A DNA stretch of 64,000 nt from Octopus bimaculoides. Its lineage: Eukaryota. The stretch's first letter is position 1, and each line of letters begins with the position of its first letter. The notes beneath the pieces were generated by a model. It saw nothing but the letters and a program-made list of their open reading frames with translations. It was not told the origin of the DNA and did no database searches. Positions 53,470 through 64,000 of the stretch are shown here, piece after piece. The stretch is from the NCBI RefSeq assembly GCF_001194135.2, contig NC_068992.1:34259494-34323493 (forward strand), written 5' to 3'. Made by a program: the position numbers and the translations under genes.

Positions 53470-53626
53470 TTCTCATCCTGAGTTCAAATTCTGTTGAGGT
53501 CAACTTTGCCTTTTATCTTTTCAGAGTCAATAAAATAAATATCAGATAAGCATGGGGGTTGATGTAATCGACTTACCCTTTCTGCCAAAATTTCTGTCTT
53601 TGTGCCTTTAGTAGAAAGAATTATTA

Positions 53627-53702
<76 letters not shown>

Positions 53703-54700
53703 CATTATTATTATTAAGGGTACATGGTTGGTACAATCACTAAACTATCAGACAAAATGCCTTGTAGTATTTAGTTACAAATCTTTATATTAAAAGTTCA
53801 AATCCAACTGAGGTCAACTTTGCCTTTCATCTCCTCAAGGTCAATAAAATAAAATTAAATACCAATTAAGTACCCAAGTAAATTTAATCAACTCTCTCTC
53901 AGTGAAATTTTTACACATGTGCTTGTATTAGAAGCAATTCTTCTTCTTCTTCTTCTTCTTATTATTATTATTGCCTTTGCACGGCTTCTAATGCTGGAGA
54001 TGTACTACAGTGTCAGCTGTTCACTACCAGTGAACTAAGGTAACACCCCTTAATTTTCGAGCACCTTCCGGAGTATTCAAGCAGTTCCAAGCAGTGCTGT
54101 TTCCTGCAAGCATTCCACTCTTATTGCAGCCCTTATTTATTCCATGTACTTCTCAAGATTTTTAGTCACTGTTCCCAGGGCTCTGTCAATTATCGGTACA
54201 ACTACCACCTTTTTTATCAACCACAACTGCTTAACCTCCCAAGCTAACTTGTCATATCTATTGACTTTTCTTTCTTCCTTATCGCATACTTTGTTGTCAG
54301 CTGGGCATGCTATATCTATGATCCAGCATAGTTTGCTTTCTTTTTCAATTAAGACTATCATTATTATTATTATTATTATTATTATAATTATTATTATTAT
54401 TAAAGCAGTGGAACTTGCAGAGTCATTAGCACGCTGAGCAAAAGGCTTAGTAGCAGTGCTGGCTCTAAGCATTTTGCATGCTTGGCTAAATGCTTAGAGG
54501 CATTTTGTCCATCTTCACATTTGGGACATCCCATGTGATGACCCAGATGAGAGACATTTAGTGTTCAAATTCTGCCAATGTCAACTTTGCCTTTCATCAT
54601 TTCAGGGTCAAAAAATAAGTACCAACTGAGCCCTGGGGTTGATGTAAATGGCTTACCCCTCTGCCAAAATTGCTGGCTTCATGCTAAAATTAGAAATCAT
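53470..54700. mobile_element. Cluster of three plus-strand family C SINEs separated by (ATT)n, with an R4 LINE inserted
   Basis: SINE bodies at about 53470-53620, 53715-53930 and 54402-54700; (ATT)n at 53619-53716. Confidence 0.8.
53974..54357 (-). mobile_element. 5'-truncated R4/Dong-clade LINE 3' end
   Basis: IVLIEKESKLCWIIDIACPADNKVCDKEERKVNRYDKLAWEVKQLWLIKKVVVVPIIDRALGTVTKNLEKY..LQETALLGTA*ILRKVLE, then a short UTR and an (AAT)n tail. (ATT)n lies on both flanks. Confidence 0.92.
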
Positions 54701-57546
54701 CATTGTTATTATTATTGTCATTAGTAGTAGTAGTAGCAACAGTAGCAACAGTAGTCATGCTGTTGTTTCAAGTATACTAAGTCTTTTAGACCAAAAAAAT
54801 ATGGAATATTGAGACATTAATATATGACCCTTAAGGGAACTGCCTCCAAGAACAAATGGAAAATCAAATAATTTCCAAGCAACAATATAATAATTGCAGA
54901 ATGAGAGCCATCCTTGGTGGGATCTGAACTCAGAATACATCCACATACTGCTAAGTATTTTGTCCACTGCTCTGCCACTCACCACTCTTAATAGAAATAA
55001 TAATCATTTTTGAGTAGTAGTGGTGGTGGTGGCGACGGTGGTGGTGGTGGTGGTGGGGTGGTGGTATGATACAACCAAATAATAGTCTATTACATTTACA
55101 TATAAATTTTCAAAGTTGATAGAAACCTTTATGAAGAGATAATAGCCAATTTAACTCATGGATATCTTTTACCCCTTTCAATGAACACAGAGATGTTCCT
55201 CAGAACTAAAACCACTAATGATATTCTTTCCTGTATCAAACATTCATGGTCTTGAAAATTTGAAGAAAAGCAATCTATTTGTATTTTATATCAGCAAAGG
55301 GCTTGCAAAGAAGTCTCTGGTAATTCTGTGCTTGTGTTCATCATCCCCATCAGCCTTGGTCGGGACTTTCCTGCCAGATTTTCTCAACAGAATTTCATTA
55401 CAGGGGTAATTCTACAGACCACCCAGCATTGATGCTACTCTACATTCATATGTCTCTTTATCTGTATACAGCCTTACCATTTCAAGGCAAACATGCAGAT
55501 CTTAGATGAAAGTAACTCATGAACAATTGTTCAGCAGAGCTGATTTAGAATAATGCAACATTAACAACAACATTTTCCTCAAAATCTATCAAGGAAGAAA
55601 CCGTTGAGAATCCATTTATATTCAGTAGAATTATATGATAAATAATACACACCTTCAAAATGTATAACCAGAACATTAAACACAAGCATCATTCAAAATC
55701 TATATTCTTTATCTATTTATCCAACACCAATAATAAATAATTTACCTCTCTCTGATTAAGAGATAGCTGAAACATTAAACTTCTTGCACATGGCAAAATA
55801 GTTCATTCCATTATATGAATCTTTTCACTTCACTTTACCATCACAGGCCATAAGTAGTTTCCATGGATTCTATCATTCCACTAAAATTTATGCTCCTTAC
55901 AATCATTAGGACATTCAATGATGATCATATATATTTTATATTGCCCTTGATACTTCTCAAATTGAAGATAATACCTGTTACCAATTATATTAGCTATGCG
56001 ATTTGTTGAAAGCTATGAGAACTATGAAATTATGATTCTGTATTATGTAAACCAGTTTCTTAAGCTTATACTTTTAGCCTCACCCATTTCATAGAACATT
56101 ACAAAAACCTAATTGCTTTTCAGGCCATATTTGCCAACAGCAATTTCTCATCTTTAGTTACTTTGTTGCTTTTCTTATTGATATTTTATGTCATTTTCAT
56201 ATCCAAATTAACAAACTTTTTTCCTTTTTTTTTTTAAGTTAACGTAGTCTTACTGCTTCTATTAAAACAAATGGGTATTTTCTTACTGAAATTTGATTCT
56301 TCCAAAATGAAAATTTTAATGTCCACATATTTATAGGGGTTTCTTAAATGCAATGATCACTGTGAAAAATGTGGTATTCAATGTCTTTCGAAGAGCATTA
56401 AGTAAAATAATTCTGAGAAGATTAAAAATTAAGTTGATTACATCCACTGAGAAATTACTACAATGTCATGGTGGTTTCCTCTTATACTTAAAATGATTTC
56501 ATAAATAGGAATGAAGCTATTAAGCTATAAATTTATAATATGGAATGGAGCCAGCAGGAGATATAATCCATTTACAGCTTAAACATCAAAGAGAGTCTAT
56601 GTAGTCAATTCAACAGCAATTTAGTCACTCATTCTCTATATTCTGTTAGCAGTGAAATTTCCCTTAACATATTGCATATCATATTGGAAATATGCATGTC
56701 ATATCATATTGGAAATTTTTAAGCTTAGGCTACAGTAAAGACAAAATGGTCATGGCTATTGGATTGATGTTTTCATTGGCTATCTCTTTGTCATTATGCA
56801 AATTAGACCTGAAGCATTTCAGCTATAATACTATATATACATATATATAACTTGTAAGCTGCTAATTTGTCACTAGTGAAATATATTTTAAAAAATAACT
56901 TACACACAGACTAGCAAAGTAAATAAATAAACACTATTTATTTAGAATTTCAATTTCACAAATGTTTGACAGCTTCAAATGGATGCAAAGTTAGTTTTTA
57001 TTAAAGGAAACTCAAAGCAGTATTGAAAACTAATTAAACTGTAGTTACTTTTATATAAACATATAATTTACATGATTAGCTTTAATAGTTGCTTTTCCCC
57101 AAATATTGTTTTCATTGGATTTCCTGATTAGTGGTCTTTACTAAGAAGTATTTCATGTGTAAACTTTAATGCTCTGGAAGCCTCATAAAACTGCCATTAT
57201 ATCAGGGAAAAAACAATCTTTCAAAGTGAGTAAATTGTTTATTTGCCGGAACAAATAAACTAACGCTTTGTATAATCTCATAAAAATCTACACTTTTAAT
57301 GGTATATTTTGTGACCAAATGTTTTCTTTCTTATAATTATTTTAATTTTTACTTTCTTAAAGCAGAGATTTCTTCTCAGCAAATGGATACTTTTAGTTTA
57401 GTGCTTCAGCTATTGAAAGAGAACATACTTATCAGAGAGATTTTAAATCAGTGCTATATATTTTGAATATTCATCATTTTCTATATTGCTATGTGCTATA
57501 AATTAACTTGAAGCTGTATTTTGAGTTCTATTTAAATTTTATTCAG

Positions 57547-57575
57547 ATGTTATTGTTTCCCATTTCTATAGCAAG
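57547..57575 (+). CDS. Candidate 29-nt host-gene exon (phase 0 to 2)
   Basis: tttaaattttattcag acceptor and AAG|gtatgt donor; reads MLLFPISIA(R). It is phase-compatible with 52653-52693 and 61406-61447. Confidence 0.5.
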
Positions 57576-58599
57576 GTATGTGTAAATATGAAATGTGGTT
57601 GTACATTGTATTGGTGAAACTCTAGTCATTATAGATATACTTAAATGTACACCTATTCTCTTTCTCATCAATATTCCATTTAATTAAAAGTATGTTTCCA
57701 TCAGAAACTGTTTCAAGTGTTCAGATTTTATACTTCAATACCATTAAGATGAAAAGAATAATTCAAAAGTATCCTATATGTTTATATATAGAAATAGTCA
57801 TTTTTGTTGAATTCAAATGTATACTCTTCATCACAGATGGGAGAAATCTAGTTAGTTCATATGTTCTTGTTATATAACTGGTATTTATCAAATTTCAACA
57901 TTTAAAATTTGTAACAGACTATCAGAAAAGAAAACATTAGATTTTTGTTTTTGTGAAGAATTGGTTGCTACATTGAACAGTTCGATTAAGTATGTGTAGA
58001 ACTCTCTCAACCATATCATGTTGTTTGTTGATATTTATTAGCTCCAGGTCAGTCATGATCAAGCAAATCCAGGATCAAAAACAGTCCATCCAGGAACATA
58101 CCATTACTTTTCAAATGTACATTATCCAATATGACTTTTCATTTAAATATAATAGAGGAAAATTTGGCTGTTATTTTTTACTGAGTCAAGCAACTAGAAA
58201 GTGGTCTCCTCTTTCTTGCTATTGTAAGTAGCTTTGAATGCAATATTGAAGTTTGATGATCCCTACAACAATTCAATGCTTTATGTGTCTCAACAACTGG
58301 TGACATTCTTATGTCTGTCTTCTAACATAATGAGGTTGATACAAGGATATACATAAAATACCAATAACTATCCTGTACAGAGAATGCTGGTGTCTTTAAT
58401 CATGATATTCTCATGTTTCAGTTTTTGCATAGCATTCATAGTGGCAACATGTATAATTTTTGTCAAAGGGTATGAGACTTCTTTCTGGTATGAGAGAGGA
58501 AAGGAACTGTTACTATTTATGTTCAAAGCTAAAGTACTGAATTAAAGCATCTAAACTGGCTTGAATTTTACAATTTCTGAGATGTCAGTACTACCTTTC

Positions 58600-60230
58600 T
58601 GCACACCCTCTATTCAATCTGGGCCACATGTGATGCATAAGTACCATTTAAACACATTAGAAACAGAAACCTCATAGTACAATTTGGAAGACTGCAGCAG
58701 TCCATCTTTTCAATAAAGTTGTTGAACATGAATGCAAATTAAATAAGAAAGAGAATAACAAAAGAATGTTAACGGATCAGTTAACCATATCCAACAGGTG
58801 ACTAAAAGGCAGTTCTTAAATGCGAGCTATGCTTTACAAATAACTCAGATAATAAAGTGTTCTGGAAATATGTGTGTTCAAAACAGAATCCTCACTTTCC
58901 AGCTGGTCTTCTCCATAATCCCCATGCAAGTTAGATTCCTTATGATTCCAAAGAGTACACAGAGCTTACAGCCAAAGTTACGCTTGCATTTTTAGGGTTG
59001 AAAATCCAGATGTACTATCTTTAATGCTACTGACACCAACATCTATAACGGTTGTTTAATTTACTCCTGCAATGCAACAACACTTCATGCATATACACAA
59101 CTATGCTTCCTTTAGAAGCCACTTCTCTCCAATTCTGCTTTAATGACTGTATTTCCCAACAATAGTGGAAATTTGTATTAAATGATTGGCCTAAAAGGCT
59201 GACTACACATCACCTTTCAATTATTATCTAACCAGTGTCACAAGCTTTGTCACCAGAAAGATGGGAGGTTTTTTTTTCAAGGAGACTTTTTGGAACTTAT
59301 GGAACTTTTATAACCTTATTCAACCCTCACAATTTGGATTTATCTCTAATTTTAGCTGCTGTGGTCATTTATCAAGTTTCTTGGCAGCTCATGGATGCAT
59401 ATTATCTAACTCAGCTTCACCAAAGCCTTTAATTCTGTGCCACACAAAAGATTTGTCAAGATCTCTGCAATAGGTGTAAGGGTTAATTATTATAACTGAT
59501 TGAAATCCTTCATTCTCTCTTGGAAATTGGTCATCCTGCACCCTAAGTAATGAGATATGGAATCCAACATGGATCTGTTTTTTGCTTTCATGTTGTTTGT
59601 CACATATATCAATGAAGTAGATGTTAGCTTGAAGTATGTTACTGTGTTAAAGTATGCAGGCAACATTAAACTAACTGTATCTTGAAGCAGGGAGAACAGA
59701 TCTTGTAGGTTATATATCCTTCCTGCAATCTGATCTGGATACAATACAGCAATGGAATGCTGCTAGCAACTCAAGCTAGTTGTAGACAAAATTTACCACT
59801 ATAAATTTTAGGACCAACTCTCCCAAATCGATTTATTCCTTCCATGACACCAATGTTAAGCAATCTACTGATGAATGTGAGTACCATTTTCAATAATGAT
59901 CTTCACTGGATTAGCCACATTCATAAAATTATTAAGAAGGCTGAAGCTATCTTAGCATTATAAAGCACCATTGTCAGCTACTCAGTGACTATTTGATAAC
60001 TATACATGGCTATGGTACACCCACACTTACAGTTTGCATCACCAGTCTAGAACATCCACCTTATCTAGAATATTGATCCACTAGAAGATATCCAAAATGT
60101 GCAACCAAATTAATGCCATTTTTCCAACAACAACTTTTTATAACTTAATATCTTCAACCTTTATGGATACAAAAATCACAAAGCTCTGAAGCACCCATGA
60201 TTTTTGGAAAGATATCTTCATGCCTAGAAT
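58600..60230 (+). mobile_element. Decayed CR1-type LINE ORF2 (RT)
   Basis: DNKVFWKYV, NPSQFGF, FTKAFNSVPHKRF, GIQHGSV..LFVTYINE..KYAGNIKL, LQSDLDTIQQW, LYMAMVHPHLQFASPV. Confidence 0.85.
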
Positions 60231-61405
60231 TGTCAAAGCATGGAATAAGCTACATGTGTTGAGTGCTAGCTGTTAAGATACTATATGTTTCAAAAATCCC
60301 ATGCTTCCTGAAATTTACTCCTGATGTGACTATGCACTCTTTCCTCTTTATGGACCTTTTACTCTTCGTTTTTCTGTCCTTTGTTTTATTCTGTTTGCTA
60401 TCCATGTACTTTTGGCTATCAATGCTATTTTTTTTTATTTGGTTTATCAATGCTTTTTATTTCCTCTTTTACTTTTTTCCAACCAGTTGTAGTGCATAAT
60501 ATTTTTCTAGTTAGTTTAACTAAACTTTCCTCCTTTCCTAATTGCTTTAACAAGTCTCTTCCTTTGTTTTATTTGTTTACACTGAAAGCTTTCAAATCTT
60601 TTCATTGTTTAAACTAACCCCTTTCCTACTTTTCTACTTATTTCAAACCTCCTTTTGACTGTATTTGTTTGCTATTTTCCTTGTTGATCAGTTATTTAAG
60701 GGAATAAACAATCATACATGACATTTCTCGGATGCAAGTCTACCTAATGATATAATTATTGCTGCTTTTTTTTTTTTTACAAATTTTTGAATAATGTTAG
60801 TAATGATTTATCATATCACCAGAAAAAAATATAAAATAATATTAAGTATTGAAAAGTATTACCCAATAATTAGATATTAGTTTCACTGGAATTACATCCA
60901 TAGTGACTGGTTACATCTGAGCTGTCAGTATAAATGTTTTTTAAGAGAAAACAAAAACTGTGGTCAAAAGGAAACTAGAGACAAAATGTGTAAGATAAAA
61001 ACAAATTATTAAAAATTTTAGAATTGAATAAATTTACATGCCATAAAGATGGACAGATTTAAATATCTCAGGCAGACCTTTCTTTTTCAGAAAAAGAACT
61101 CTAGCCAATGTAATAATCAATCATTTAAATTTTGGGTCTGGCTGTTGTTGCTGTTCAGTTCCGGGCCAGCATTGAGTAAATCTATGGTCAAAGACATTCC
61201 AGTAATAACCAGTCTTTTGTGTATCTAACACTGCAATCACTACAACACCCAGTGTGTTCCTCCTTTTTCTTTCTTTCTTTTTTTTTGTCAAGAGAATGGG
61301 CCATAATTTCAGAAAATTTGATTGTTGGACACAAGTACCTAAAGTAGTTGCTAGGAAAAATGTTCTTTTATTTCTGCTGTTTGATTTCATTATATTTTCT
61401 TACAG

Positions 61406-61447
61406 GAGCTTGTTTAAAATTGAGAGCAGAATTAATGTAACTAACAG
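61406..61447 (+). CDS. Candidate 42-nt host-gene exon (phase 2 to 2)
   Basis: Strong acceptor tttcattatattttcttacag and strong donor CAG|gtaagg. Only one frame is open: (R)SLFKIESRINVTN. Confidence 0.6.
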
Positions 61448-61796
61448 GTAAGGCTTTATAAAGTCTTTCTGATGCTAAAGGACCACAAGTGCAAAATTTT
61501 TTATAGTCTATCAAAATTATATATTTCTGTACTGCACCATCTTATCAATGAGTAAGATGGTGGAAGGAGCATTCTTGTTCATAAAATAATGAAACACAGT
61601 GCTTGATAATTTTATTGATACTATTATCACAAACACGGTTGTCATTGTGTGGCACTAGATTAGCACTGTTCAAGTAGATCTATGACTCAAACAGGCCAGA
61701 GGTGCTGAACACTGTACATAAAACAATTTGTCTGGACTGAGTGAGACACACAATGTCCATAAAATGTTTTTGTTAGTTTATTATCATTATTATTTT

Positions 61797-63880
61797 TGTT
61801 TCACAGGTTTTGTTGGAACTTCTGGAGTCATGCATGTGTAGCAGGCTTGCGACTGACAGCCTACGGTACTATGCTATTTTCAGTTATCTAATACTATCCT
61901 GATTCTGGTTTTCTGTATAAGCAGTCTCTGGATGATGACCAGGCCTGTGCTGCTCAACCACAGGGTACCTGCCAGGTGAAAGGCTTTCGCCTTTGGTTCC
62001 AGCCTCATTAACACCATTATTTGAATCATTTGCATTAGGCATTTACACTCAATATTGAGGTTTGTGTTTTAAGGTTAGCCACCAATTGATATTTTTTATC
62101 AAGAGACCATCTCTAGTAAGATTGTCAACCAAGACTGCAGAGCTCTTGTTATTGTTGTTGTTGTTATTTTTATATACACTCAACAGATTAAACTGTTGGA
62201 AAAGAAAAGAATCCTAACATCGGGCTACAACAAGTAACCTTAGATGCCAAGAACCCTCCTATAGGGTTACAGCAAGTAACCTTAACCTTAGATACCAAGA
62301 ACCTTCTTAAGTATCCAAGCTGTCCCTAATAACACTGTTTTCTGGGGCTGTACTAAACTGGGTTTTATGCATATTCCCTCTATTCATCAGTTCAGATCTT
62401 TTGGGATAGTTCTCAATGAACCTATGGTATACATTTTGTCTGCACGTTACATTATCATATAATTCAATAGCTAGGGCCTGGTACTTTGTTATTTTTTTCT
62501 ATGCCTTTGTTATTAATTTTTTTTATCATTTGTGACTATAAAGTCAATTATCTGGCACTTTCTATTCTCTTTATCTACTACTAGCAAATCAGGCCTTCTA
62601 GCTTCTATTACTCTGTCTGTCTGAATGTTAAAGTCCAACAACATCTTATATTTCTCACTTTCTAGTACTTGCTAGGTTTATGTTCATATCATTTATCAGT
62701 ATGTTAAAATCCTAGCTTTCTACAAAGCTCCCAGTGGATTGCTCTCCCTAGATTGTCATGTCTTTTCTTGTATTCTTTCTGTGCCAGCATGCTACATTCG
62801 CTTTCCTCTTTTAATTTGCATAATCTACATTGGGAATCTACTTGTTTTTTATCTATCTTAACTTTTATCCAATTACTCTTTAATACTTGATCTTGTGCAG
62901 CTACTAATAAACTACAAACTTTCTGTCTCTCTCTTCAGCTTTCCTTTCTGCAACCATAACCATGTCTCACTATTACTATTTGCTGCAACTATCTTTGGGA
63001 ATCTACCATGGAATGCCTTCTCCTTCAAGTTATATAATTTCTGTTCTTTTTTCTGGTTGTTAACTTCTTTTGAGTTTTTGGTTTGGCTATGTTTTGCTGT
63101 GACTCTAACAGCTTTTTATAAACTTTCTTTACTATTACCTACATAGAAATCTATATCTACTCTAGCTAACTCCACGCAGTCTTCTACTGATATTAACCCT
63201 CTTCTGCTTTCCTTTCTAGGTAAGTATAATCTTGCTACTCCTGACCTTGTATTCCTTCCTAGTTCTTCTGTTTAGCTTTGTTGATACAGCTTTTGTCCAA
63301 TCTACAAAAGTAAGGCTACTGCCCAAGTATTTACAGACTTCACCAGATTTGGACTATTTAGCTGTGACTTCTTTAGCTTCCTCACCCTTCTGATGTACAC
63401 TTCAATTTTTGTTTTTATTCTTGTAGTTAGTACTCTATCAGATTCTAATACTCCTAGATACTTATAACTCTCTCTTATGTTCAATGATTTTAATGTCTGG
63501 CCATCTGGTAATCAGATGCCTTCACTGTTGACTACCTGTCCTCTTCTCATGGCTAATATTGCACATTTATCTATGCCAAATTCTGTGCCTATACCTTAGC
63601 TGAAGAGTCTTACAATTTGTATTAAGGAATCCATCACTTTTTCATTCTTACTAAAAAGCTTCAGATCATCCATGTAGAGCAAATGGTTAATTTTTCCATT
63701 ACTATTTCTGAACTGATACTCTACCTTTGCCTTTCTTAAAACTAAATTGAGAGGGATCAAACAATATTAAATGGAATAACTAGTCCTCCGGGAAAATTCC
63801 TCTTTTGATATTTACTTTCCCCGAGAGTGTGTCACCTGAGTAGAGATCTACTTTCCATTTCTTCATACTACAGCTAATTA
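61797..63880 (-). mobile_element. R4/Dong-clade LINE (RT to REL plus 3' UTR), interrupted
   Basis: KINHLLYMDDLKLFSKNEK..FGIDKCA..YKYLGVLE..YIRRVRKL..VNTWAVA; LDFNIQTDRVIEARRPDLLVVDKENRKCQIID. The 3' UTR resembles that of the 20600 copy and an ATT-rich tract lies at about 61778-61795. Confidence 0.92.
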
Positions 63881-63901
63881 ATTCTCTTATTTTGTCTGCA
63901 A

Positions 63902-64000
63902 TCTTAATATATAAAGCTGAAGTTGTGTGTCTGTGTGAAGCCTTTTTGAAAGTTTATAGAAATCCACATTTTCCACTTTTTCGTAAAAATGTTTACATCA
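63902..64000 (+). mobile_element. Probable 5' terminus of a non-autonomous Helitron
   Basis: A|TCTTAATATATAAAGCTGAAGTTGTGTGTCTG: TC start after A and a TATATAAA leader, typical of Helitron 5' ends. It truncates the adjacent R4 element. The 3' end is outside the window. Confidence 0.5.

Noticed and set aside
53484-53793. Poly-Ile, poly-Leu, (CV)n and (HT)n ORFs here and at 2.1, 15.1, 20.5, 27.9, 29.1, 30.0, 47.5 and 49.6 kb
   Set aside because: Translations of microsatellites.
58048-58223. 176-nt open frame with a gtaagt donor
   Set aside because: Phase 2 to 1 cannot join the 61406 exon, and it lies just upstream of a CR1 remnant from which it may derive.
1-64000. CRISPR arrays, rRNA, operons or prokaryotic defence systems
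   Set aside because: No regularly spaced repeats with unique spacers, no rRNA-like sequence and no gene-dense regions; the sequence is eukaryotic.

Overview
AT-rich eukaryotic genomic DNA, not prokaryotic: no operons, CRISPR arrays or long intact ORFs. The SINE families and microsatellite load look like a coleoid cephalopod, probably Octopus; this is recognition-based inference, not a search result. The window is mostly decayed transposons: a Helitron Rep remnant, two mariner remnants, several R4/Dong-clade and one HERO-like REL-endonuclease LINE, CR1/L2 and RTE fragments, a solo LTR with an internal empty-site control, foldback MITEs and many tRNA-derived SINEs. A few small, phase-compatible plus-strand exons suggest a long-intron host gene that I cannot name. 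A CpG-rich island at about 8.4-18.7 kb contains a duplicated, promoter-like module. The most unusual observation is a set of hammerhead-ribozyme core motifs, with stems I and III in exact register but in non-canonical order, in the 3' UTR of the HERO-like LINE (9101-9184). There are five assembly gaps, and the ORFs that cross them are artefacts. Coordinates of decayed repeats are approximate; I give exact boundaries only where a TSD, TIR or splice site is cited.
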